Both the position numbers and the translations under genes were made by a program. 64,000 bases of DNA from an uncultured Bacilli bacterium (lineage in GTDB: Bacteria; Bacillota_I; Bacilli_A; RF39; UBA660), in NCBI GenBank assembly GCA_934119965.1, contig CAKOTA010000001.1, forward strand, positions 64,129-128,128. Reading direction: 5' to 3'. The notes beneath the pieces are model-generated. The model was given only the letters and a program-made list of their open reading frames with translations, ran no database searches and was not told where the DNA came from. Position 1 is the first letter of the stretch, and each line of letters begins with the position of its first letter. Below, piece by piece: positions 56,694 to 64,000 of this stretch.

Positions 56694-57731
56694 ATGACAA
56701 TTTTATATTTTATACTTGTTTTAGGAGTCACAGTTTTAATTCATGAACTAGGACATTTTATATTTGCTAAAAGAGCAGGTGTTTATATTTATGAATTTTC
56801 AATCGGAATGGGACCTCAAATATTTAAATGGAAAAGAAAAAACGATGAAACTATTTATAGCATCAGATTATTTCCAATAGGTGGTTTTGTTAGTATGGCT
56901 GGTGAAGATTTAGAAGTTGACAAAAAAATACCTAAAGATAGACAATTGTGCAATAAAAGTTGGTGTGATAGATTCTTAGTTTTATTTGCTGGAATAGCTT
57001 TTAATTTTTTACTTGCAATTATAATTTTATTTACTATTGGAATGATTAATGGAGTACCAAAAAATAATTTAGAAATTGCTAATATCGAAAGTAGTTACGA
57101 AATTAGTAAGACTGGTATTCAAGTAGGGGATGTTATTACAAAAGTTAATGGTAAAAAAATAACATCTTATGAACAATTATCTGTTGAACTAGCTGTTAAC
57201 AATGGCAAAAAAATTGATTTAACAGTTAGAAATAAAGATAAAGAAAATACTTATGAAATTGAGCCCACTTTAATTGAAAGTGATGGCAAAACAAATTATG
57301 TATATGGTTTTTCTTTAAACAATGAAATTGAAAAAGGATTTTTAAAATCAATTAGTTATGCTTTTCAAAAAACTGGTAATTTGACTAATCAAATGGTCTT
57401 AATTGTTAAATATTTAGTGACTGGTAAATTGAGTTTAAATAATTTATCTGGACCGGTTGGTATATATCAAGTAGTAGATCAAGCAAGAACCTTAGGCTTC
57501 TTAAATATTTTATATTTAATTGCTTATTTATGTATTAATGTAGGTTTTATTAATTTTATTCCATTTCCAGCTTTTGATGGAGGAAGAATATTGTTTTTAA
57601 TTATTGAAAAAATAAAAGGTAGTAAAGTTAATCCTAAAGTTGAAAATACAATTCATTCAATAGGCTTTGCTTTGTTGATGTTGTTAATGGTATTTGTTAC
57701 TTATAATGATATAATAAGAATATTTGGATAA
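56694..57731 (+). CDS. rseP: Site-2 zinc metalloprotease RseP/RasP
   Basis: HELGHF, a PDZ segment and NFIPFPAFDGGR. 345 aa. Confidence 0.9.
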   Translation: MTILYFILVLGVTVLIHELGHFIFAKRAGVYIYEFSIGMGPQIFKWKRKNDETIYSIRLFPIGGFVSMAGEDLEVDKKIPKDRQLCNKSWCDRFLVLFAGIAFNFLLAIIILFTIGMINGVPKNNLEIANIESSYEISKTGIQVGDVITKVNGKKITSYEQLSVELAVNNGKKIDLTVRNKDKENTYEIEPTLIESDGKTNYVYGFSLNNEIEKGFLKSISYAFQKTGNLTNQMVLIVKYLVTGKLSLNNLSGPVGIYQVVDQARTLGFLNILYLIAYLCINVGFINFIPFPAFDGGRILFLIIEKIKGSKVNPKVENTIHSIGFALLMLLMVFVTYNDIIRIFG

Positions 57732-57753
57732 CAATGGTTATCCTTTTATTTTT
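57726..57753 (+). terminator. Rho-independent terminator after rseP
   Basis: GGATAAC aatg GTTATCC followed by TTTTATTTTT. Confidence 0.75.
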
Positions 57754-57776
57754 ATATGAATACGAAAAAAATTCAC

Positions 57777-57806
57777 TTGAAAAATAAGATAGAATAGGGT
57801 TATAAT
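57777..57806 (+). promoter_or_regulatory. Sigma-A type promoter for the small secreted ORF
   Basis: TTGAAA, 18-nt spacer, TATAAT. RBS GGAAGGTAGGAA lies downstream. Confidence 0.5.
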
Positions 57807-57828
57807 AAATACTAGGAAGGTAGGAATT

Positions 57829-58150
57829 TTGAATAAAGAAAATATTAAAAATAGAATTTTTATAGCAATAATAACAATGATAATATGTATAAACGGAACG
57901 CTGTATGCCACAAATAAATATCGAGTAGGTGAAATAATATATAATACAAGTGATGGGGAATGAATTATACAATAGTTGTAATTCATCAAAAGATGAATGT
58001 CCAGTTGAAAGTTGTGAGATGAAATCATATTGTAATTTTTCTTTAGCTAATGATATTAATTATGGTGGTGTAAAAGGCACTAGTTACATCAATACTAGTA
58101 ACAGAGACTATAGTTATTACGGCTCTAGCTTACCTAATTCGTATTTTTAA
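57829..58150 (+). pseudogene. Frameshifted gene for a small secreted Cys-rich protein (about 106 aa if repaired)
   Basis: A TTG-initiated ORF encodes the signal peptide MNKENIKNRIFIAIITMIICINGTLYA and stops at TGA 57961. The +1 frame continues from the GGGG run (57955-57958) as NELYNSCNSSKDECPVESCEMKSYCNF... to 58150. Confidence 0.45.
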
Positions 58151-58236
58151 TAAGTTGAAATAAAGTTTAATTAGAATGCTAATTATTCTTTTTTTATGTT
58201 AAAATATATGATAAAATTAAATAAGAGGTGAGATAT

Positions 58237-59514
58237 ATGCTAAAGGAAAAAGTTTTACCAGCCGATACATTTATTGTTATAAATAAAACAATCTTAAATG
58301 AGTATGATCGTAAACTTTTAATAATGCTATATCAACCAATAATTGGCTATAAAGCAATAAGTTTATACTTTTCACTTTGGATGTACCTAGATAAAAGAGA
58401 AATTATGTCAAATGAATTTACTCATCATCAATTAATGACAACAATGCAATTAAGACTAAGTGAAATAGTAGAAGCAAGAGAAAAATTAGAAGCAATTGGA
58501 TTATTAAAAACATATGTAAGAAAATCAAATATAAATAATTTTATATATGAAATATATTCACCAATAAGTGCTTATGAATTTTTAAACAATCCTGTATTAG
58601 TGACAGCACTATATAATAATATTGGAAAAAATGAATATGAAAAAATAATTGAATACTATAAAATTCCAAGAATAAGTTTAAAAGAATATGAAGAAATAAC
58701 TTGTAGTTTTAATGAAATATTTTCTTCAACTAACATAAATGGTTTTGAAAGACTAGAAAATATAAATAAATATAGTTCAAATAAAATAAAAATAGAATCT
58801 AAAATAGATTTAGATAATATCTTAAGTTTAATACCAGACGAAATTTTAAATGTAAGAAGTTTAACTAATGAAACAAAAGAATTAATAAATAAAATATCAT
58901 TTATTTATAATTATGATGATGTTAGAATGAGTGAATTGATAAGAGAATCATTAACAGATAAAAAAACAATTGATAAACAAGCATTAAAAATAAATAGTAG
59001 AAAATACTATCAATTTGAAAATAGTGGTAAATTACCAAGCTTGGTATATAGAACTCAACCAGAATATTTAAGAAAACCAGTAGGTGACACAAGTAATAGA
59101 GCTAAAATAATTTATCAATTTGAAACAACAACACCATATGACTTTTTACAAAGTAAATATAAAAATGGGAAACCATCAAAAAGCGATATTGCTATATTAG
59201 AATATCTATTATTAGATATGAACCTAAACGCTGGAGTTGTAAATGTACTAATAGATTATGTATTAAAAATAAATAATAATAAATTAACAAAAAACTTTGT
59301 TGATGCAATTGCAAGTCAATGGGCTAAAAGTAAAGTAGAAACAGTAGAAGAAGCAATGAAAATAGCTGAAAAGGAATATAAAAACAAAAAAACAACAACT
59401 AAAAAACAAAAGGAAGAAAAACCTACTTGGTTTAATCAAAATATAGAAGCACAAGAGGCCTCTGAAGAAAAAATAAAAGAATTAGATAAAATGTTTAGTA
59501 AATTTGGAGGATAA
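58237..59514 (+). CDS. dnaB: Replication initiation and membrane attachment protein (Bacillus-type DnaB, not the helicase)
   Basis: RBS AGAGGTGA. LYQPIIGYKAISLYFSLW N-terminal motif and a DnaD/DnaB_2-like C-terminal half. Followed by dnaI, as in B. subtilis. Confidence 0.8.
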   Translation: MLKEKVLPADTFIVINKTILNEYDRKLLIMLYQPIIGYKAISLYFSLWMYLDKREIMSNEFTHHQLMTTMQLRLSEIVEAREKLEAIGLLKTYVRKSNINNFIYEIYSPISAYEFLNNPVLVTALYNNIGKNEYEKIIEYYKIPRISLKEYEEITCSFNEIFSSTNINGFERLENINKYSSNKIKIESKIDLDNILSLIPDEILNVRSLTNETKELINKISFIYNYDDVRMSELIRESLTDKKTIDKQALKINSRKYYQFENSGKLPSLVYRTQPEYLRKPVGDTSNRAKIIYQFETTTPYDFLQSKYKNGKPSKSDIAILEYLLLDMNLNAGVVNVLIDYVLKINNNKLTKNFVDAIASQWAKSKVETVEEAMKIAEKEYKNKKTTTKKQKEEKPTWFNQNIEAQEASEEKIKELDKMFSKFGG

Positions 59515-59515
59515 T

Positions 59516-60406
59516 ATGGAACAAGTAAAATTAGTTAAAAAAAATACTAACTTGATGAATGAATTTAATAAGTTACTTAAAGATGAAGAATTTAAAGAAT
59601 ATATCGATAAACTAAAAATTCCGTATGAGGAATTAGCAAAATATACGAGCATATTAGAAACTTGCAAAAATGAATATTATAATTGTAAAAATTGTAAATC
59701 AATATTAGAATGCAAAAACAAAATAGAAGGATGCTTATATTTACCAATAAATAAAAATGGAATAAGATTTTGTTATAAACCTTGTAAATACAAAAAGAAT
59801 ATTGAGAAAAAAACTAAATATTTAGATAATATATATATTTTTAATATTCCTAGTACTATAAAAGAAGCAAACATAAAAGATATATATAAAAAAGATGAAA
59901 ATAGATTCGAAGTAATAAAATATTTGCTACAATTTACCGATGATTATATAAACAAAAAAAATCCTAAAGGATTATATTTGTATGGTAACTTTGGATGTGG
60001 TAAAACTTATTTAATAAGCGCTATATTTAATGAATTAGCAAAACAAAACATTGATTCAGCGATTGTATTTTGGCCAGAATATTTAAGAATGTTAAAATCA
60101 TTATTTAATGACAATTCTGAATTTAGAAAAAATTATGATAGAGTAAAAAATACAAAATTATTATTAATAGATGATTTAGGAGCCGAAAATAACACAACTT
60201 GGTCTAGAGATGAGATTCTCTGTCCAATATTACAATATCGTATGGAAAATAATTTACCAACTTTTATTACTTCTAATTTAAATTTAGAAGCACTAGAAAA
60301 TCATCTAAGTTTTAATGGAAATGAAAGCATTAAAGCAAAAAGGATAATCGAAAGAATTAATCAATTAACTGAATATAAAGAAATGATAAGTAAAAACTTA
60401 AGATAA
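59516..60406 (+). CDS. dnaI: Primosomal helicase loader DnaI
   Basis: RBS GGAGG. N-terminal Cys-rich zinc module. Has Walker A GNFGCGKTYL and Walker B LLLIDDLG. Confidence 0.85.
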   Translation: MEQVKLVKKNTNLMNEFNKLLKDEEFKEYIDKLKIPYEELAKYTSILETCKNEYYNCKNCKSILECKNKIEGCLYLPINKNGIRFCYKPCKYKKNIEKKTKYLDNIYIFNIPSTIKEANIKDIYKKDENRFEVIKYLLQFTDDYINKKNPKGLYLYGNFGCGKTYLISAIFNELAKQNIDSAIVFWPEYLRMLKSLFNDNSEFRKNYDRVKNTKLLLIDDLGAENNTTWSRDEILCPILQYRMENNLPTFITSNLNLEALENHLSFNGNESIKAKRIIERINQLTEYKEMISKNLR

Positions 60407-60423
60407 TGGAAGTAGGGGGATTT

Positions 60424-62511
60424 ATGGATATACAAAAAGAAGTAGATACAATATTATACAAATTAGAACAAAATGAAGAATTAACAATAAAATTAGAAAT
60501 AGAACAAATAATTAGTAATATTAAAAAACAAAAGAATGTAAAATTATTTTATAAATTACTAATTAATAAATTAGAGAAAAAGATTATTACAACAGCAAGT
60601 TTAATTGCTAACTCTACTAGTCAAGAAGAACTAAAAGCAGAAGCAATTTTCTTAAAAAAATATTTGAATGTTACACAATACTTAAAAGAAGAATATGAAT
60701 TATTTAAAAAACAATATGTTGAAGAAAAAATAATTGAAATTCCTAAAAATAAAAAAAATTTTATGGAATATAATAAACAAAAATTTAATGTATTAAAGTT
60801 AGAAAATGAAGAACAAGATATTGAAAGTGAAGAAGAAAACAATGTAATTAATTTTGTAAATACATATATAGAAATGATTAAAAATTTAAATATTTTAGAA
60901 AATTCAGAAAATTTCATAGAAGAATCTCGTAACTTATATAATGAAATCTATGGATATTTGTGCGAAACTAAAAGTTTGTTTCCAGAATTTACATATTTAA
61001 TCGATATATTAAGTAATAAATATAGATGTTGTGAGAAAAATTCAACTGAAAGAAAAATATTAAAACCAATAATAAAAAAATTTACGGAAATTCACCGAGT
61101 TTTTAGTACTAAAGAAAATCCAACAAATGAAAATCCATATTTTGATGTAATTAACTTTTGGTTTACAAATGATGATAATTATTTGTATATAAAAGAATTA
61201 ATTAAAAGAAAACCAGAAGTTTGTAGTATGCATAATAATGGAAAACATATTGCAGTTCATATTTTAGAACAATATATTGAGAACTTTAAAAAAATGATTA
61301 TTGATAAAAATAATGATTATATTAATAAAAACTATTTAAAAGAAATATATTATTTAATAACTAAAAATAGTCATTTGCGAATAAGTGATGAAGAAAAAAA
61401 TCAAATAGACACTATGATAAAAGATTTTTCAATATTTATTAAAGAATTTATCATAAAAGAAAGAAGAAAAAACGCTGCATTGTTAGAATTAAAAACAATG
61501 AAAACGAGTCATTATTATAAAAAATACATTAGTTATGACTTTAATAAATATTCAATAGACAATTTAACATATGAAAAAAATAGAGTGTATGATGGTAATG
61601 TTTCCAGAATTAAAAATGAACCATATGTTGAAGCATTTTTAATAGGTGATAAAGCATACAATATTACTAAACAACAAGGCGAAATATCTCTAAAAATGTA
61701 TACATTTAATATTAGTGGCTATATTAGTGAAAGATCAATTATGTATAATTATCTTGAACAATGTGAGTTCAAAAAAGAACAAATTGACGATTTTGTAGCT
61801 AATACTTTCAAATTTAAATTAGATAATATTTATCCAACAATTTGCTATAATTTAAAATTTTATGAAAGTGGAAGATTAAAAGAATTAGCAGTAACAAAAG
61901 AAAATATTAAAATTACTAATCAAGATAAAACTTTTGACCAAAATGGTGAAATGAAAGAATTTTATGATTTGTATAAAAAATCTATTATTAAAAATGGAGG
62001 TATAAGTACAAATTATAACTTATCAATAGTTAATGAACATTTCGAAAATCTTTTAAACGATGAATTTGTTGAATTTATAAAAACAAATAAACTACCATTT
62101 ATATATTACGGATATTCATTACCAAATGTAAGAAAAGTTAATTATAATATGAATGCATTGTCATCAATTTTATATAATATTGATAAAACTATAGCATATG
62201 AAATAATTAACATAACAAGTTCAAAAATTGATAAAGAACATTATTCTTTATTTCCGATCGAAGATGCTCATTATGATTTGAGACTAGTTGATTCCTTTAA
62301 TTTAATTGGAATTATTAATCAAAAAATGCTAAATGATATATACTTTGATGGCTATTGTTTTAGTTCTGAAAGAAGAAAAGAAAAAGAAAAACGAATTCGT
62401 TTAATGGATTATTATAAAATAGTAAGTGAACTAAATTCTTATATTAATTATGTAGATGTTTCTGAAATAAAAGAAAGCAAAGGAAAAATAAAACGAAAAT
62501 TTAAAATATAA
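60424..62511 (+). CDS. Hypothetical 695-aa protein with degenerate RNase II/R (RNB)-like motif series
   Basis: ATG after AGGGGGA. AFLIGDKAY, then about 20 aa later FNISGYI (compare DDA..., HIADVSHYV). FENLLNDEFVEFIKTNKLPFIYYGYSLPNVRKV (compare IEEFMLLANE...KLPFLYRVHEKPDPEKL). LFPIEDAHYDL (compare FTSPIRRYPDL). Catalytic Asp/Arg residues are mostly replaced. Confidence 0.4.
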   Translation: MDIQKEVDTILYKLEQNEELTIKLEIEQIISNIKKQKNVKLFYKLLINKLEKKIITTASLIANSTSQEELKAEAIFLKKYLNVTQYLKEEYELFKKQYVEEKIIEIPKNKKNFMEYNKQKFNVLKLENEEQDIESEEENNVINFVNTYIEMIKNLNILENSENFIEESRNLYNEIYGYLCETKSLFPEFTYLIDILSNKYRCCEKNSTERKILKPIIKKFTEIHRVFSTKENPTNENPYFDVINFWFTNDDNYLYIKELIKRKPEVCSMHNNGKHIAVHILEQYIENFKKMIIDKNNDYINKNYLKEIYYLITKNSHLRISDEEKNQIDTMIKDFSIFIKEFIIKERRKNAALLELKTMKTSHYYKKYISYDFNKYSIDNLTYEKNRVYDGNVSRIKNEPYVEAFLIGDKAYNITKQQGEISLKMYTFNISGYISERSIMYNYLEQCEFKKEQIDDFVANTFKFKLDNIYPTICYNLKFYESGRLKELAVTKENIKITNQDKTFDQNGEMKEFYDLYKKSIIKNGGISTNYNLSIVNEHFENLLNDEFVEFIKTNKLPFIYYGYSLPNVRKVNYNMNALSSILYNIDKTIAYEIINITSSKIDKEHYSLFPIEDAHYDLRLVDSFNLIGIINQKMLNDIYFDGYCFSSERRKEKEKRIRLMDYYKIVSELNSYINYVDVSEIKESKGKIKRKFKI

Positions 62512-62539
62512 TTGACTTTTCAAATAATTGTAGTAAAAT
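62512..62539 (+). promoter_or_regulatory. Sigma-A type promoter for the T-box leader
   Basis: TTGACT, 16-nt spacer, TAAAAT. Confidence 0.6.
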
Positions 62540-62545
62540 TATATT

Positions 62546-62754
62546 TAATAAATATTTTGATTAGGACACGATTATTAATTGATACTATAGAGAGATTTAG
62601 GAAATGGTGAGATCCTAAAAAGTTAGATTATTAATTACTACCTATGAATTGGACTTGAAAAATGTTCCCGGGTAATTCCGTTATTTAAATTAAGTTAAAC
62701 ATAGGATGGTACCGTGTTAAGCACTCCTTATATAGAAATATATAAGGTTTTTTT
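62546..62754 (+). promoter_or_regulatory. T-box riboswitch leader, threonine specifier
   Basis: AGAGA bulge (tatagagaga). Distal-loop-like TGGTGAGA. Specifier region attaACTACCta (ACU 62637-62639 followed by A; ACC 62640-62642). T-box sequence AACATAGGATGGTACCGTG at about 62698-62716. Ends in a terminator. Confidence 0.8.
62726..62754 (+). terminator. T-box leader terminator
   Basis: CCTTATATA gaaa TATATAAGG followed by seven T. Confidence 0.8.
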
Positions 62755-62768
62755 ATGAGGTGAGTAGT

Positions 62769-63464
62769 ATGGAAAATTTTAAAGAAATGTTAGAAAATTA
62801 TTTAGATGATGAAGAAATTAATTATAAGAAAAAATTGGATGATTTAGAAGAAAAACCTAAAAATACTACTTCTAGATATAGACATGATTTTGAAAATACA
62901 ATAACAATTTATGAGTTTGTAAATGATTATTTAGAAGTAAATCAAGATTGTAAAAATTTAAGACATATTGGTTTAAAATCTTTTAATAGTCCTTACATAA
63001 TAGGTGTATCAAATGATTTTGCAATCAAAAATAAGGAATATGTTTTAAGAAATGAAATATTAATAGTTGCTGATGCTTATAATAATCCAGCAGCATATAT
63101 TAATCCTATATTATTAAGACAAATAACCACAATGGAAGAATTAAAACATACAATGAGTATCTTAGAAAAAGTAAGATTACATGATTTAATGGATGTTAGA
63201 AAATTATATGAACAATTTGATTTTATTAATAAACAAATAAATCGATTGGAAATGTTTTACCTAGATGGAACAGAATTATTAAGAAAATTAAATAAGAAAA
63301 ATATATTAAAAGAAATTAAAAAATATGCAAAACAAATTTCAGAAAATAAAAATAAAATTAGTGACATTCAATCTGATATTGAAAATACTATAATTTTAGA
63401 ACACTCACTAATTGAAAAAGTAAATACAAAGTCATTAGAAAAGAAAGAGGGAAAAATAAAATGA
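62769..63464 (+). CDS. Hypothetical 231-aa protein, first gene of the T-box-controlled operon
   Basis: ATG after GAGGTGA. Acidic N-terminus and a helical/coiled C-terminal half. Its stop overlaps the thrS start (ATGA). Confidence 0.6.
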   Translation: MENFKEMLENYLDDEEINYKKKLDDLEEKPKNTTSRYRHDFENTITIYEFVNDYLEVNQDCKNLRHIGLKSFNSPYIIGVSNDFAIKNKEYVLRNEILIVADAYNNPAAYINPILLRQITTMEELKHTMSILEKVRLHDLMDVRKLYEQFDFINKQINRLEMFYLDGTELLRKLNKKNILKEIKKYAKQISENKNKISDIQSDIENTIILEHSLIEKVNTKSLEKKEGKIK

Positions 63465-64000
63465 TAAACATAAAAGAAGATAAAAATTTAAACATTTTAA
63501 ATCATAGTTGTGCTCACTTAATGGCACAAGCTGTAAAACATTTATATCCAGATGCTAAATTTTGGGTAGGACCAGTCATCGAAGAAGGATTTTATTATGA
63601 TATTGATTTAGGTGATAAGACATTAACTGATGACGATTTAATATTAATTGAAAAAGAAATGAAAAAAATATCTAAAGATGGTAAAAGAATATATCGAGAA
63701 GAAATATCAAAAGAAGAAGCTTTGGAAAGATTTAAAGATGATCCATATAAGATTGATTTAATATCTAGAATGGATGAAAAAGATACAGTTATTTCTTGTT
63801 ATACTCAAGGAGATTTTACAGATTTATGTAGAGGACCACACGTTGAGACTGTAAAAGTTATTAAATATTTTAAATTATTAAAATTTAGTGGAGCATATTG
63901 GAAAGGTGATTCAAAAAACAAAATGCTTCAAAGAATATATGGTGTTTGTTTTGAAACAGAAGAAGATTTAAATAATCATTTAAAAGAGTTATCTGAATTG
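63461..64000 (+). CDS. thrS: Threonine--tRNA ligase, 5-prime part (runs off the window); begins at the editing/second additional domain, with no TGS domain
   Basis: MINIKEDKNLNILNHSCAHLMAQAVKHLYPDAKFWVGPVIEEGFYYD ... CRGPH ... SGAYWKGDSKNKMLQRIYG aligns with ThrS from about residue 65 of the E. coli enzyme. Confidence 0.9.
   Translation, partial: MINIKEDKNLNILNHSCAHLMAQAVKHLYPDAKFWVGPVIEEGFYYDIDLGDKTLTDDDLILIEKEMKKISKDGKRIYREEISKEEALERFKDDPYKIDLISRMDEKDTVISCYTQGDFTDLCRGPHVETVKVIKYFKLLKFSGAYWKGDSKNKMLQRIYGVCFETEEDLNNHLKELSEL

Noticed and set aside
1-64000. Possibility of a Mollicutes-type genetic code (TGA = Trp), given the extreme AT content and the TGS-less ThrS.
   Set aside because: Conserved Trp positions are encoded by TGG. 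TGA ends full-length proteins at expected lengths (for example the rlmN/stp and stp/prkC ATGA junctions). Reading through the TGA at 57961 meets TAG three codons later.

Overview
Very AT-rich (by eye about one quarter G+C, not computed) Bacillota-type chromosomal segment. It reads with the standard code: TGG is Trp, TGA terminates, and several junctions are ATGA/TAATG-coupled. There are about 70 protein genes, more than 90% on the + strand, plus two tRNAs on the - strand and one T-box leader. No CRISPR array, transposase, integrase or phage genes were recognised.

Layout:
- 1-6.9 kb: distal part of an exopolysaccharide/capsule locus (EpsG-like polymerase, GT2, Wzx, LCP, fused Wzz::BY-kinase, CpsB phosphatase).
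- 6.9-10.4 kb: C26 amidotransferase-like gene and ppdK.
- 10.5-13.4 kb: block of orphan ORFs, one with a Cys-His-Asp transglutaminase-like pattern and one split by a poly-A frameshift.
- 13.5-18.3 kb: PfkB kinase, Smr protein, and two large membrane-anchored proteins with Pro/Thr linkers.
- 18.3-21.9 kb: the main minus-strand patch (GT8, two HMA-like mini-ORFs, a decayed clpX 3-prime relic, tRNA-Leu and tRNA-CAU).
- 22-36 kb: housekeeping genes (cysS, YugP peptidase, SirA-like, ylbD/ylbE-like, rsmD, yidD, rnc, ABC exporter, rlmN-stp-prkC-rsgA-rpe).
- 36.7-40.4 kb: a 604-aa protein with a prepilin signal and a DUF2207-like protein.
- 40.6-50.9 kb: rpsB-tsf-lepB, an 848-aa surface protein, frr, nusB-xseA-xseB, a kinase-like ORF and spoIVB.
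- 50.9-55.9 kb: the most unusual block. It holds a radical SAM/SPASM gene, then two secreted proteins sharing a conserved signal-peptide junction motif, then a SipW-type signal peptidase fused to a ~245-aa polytopic membrane domain, then a two-TM protein and a small HAD nucleotidase.
- 55.9-64 kb: cdsA-rseP, a frameshifted small secreted Cys-rich ORF, Bacillus-type dnaB-dnaI, a 695-aa protein with degenerate RNB-like motifs, and a Thr T-box leader driving an unknown 231-aa ORF coupled to a thrS that lacks the TGS domain.

Gene-order blocks mirror Bacillus subtilis, so a spore-former-derived low-GC Firmicute is likely. All family assignments come from motifs read by eye and from remembered family consensus. 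No database search was run.
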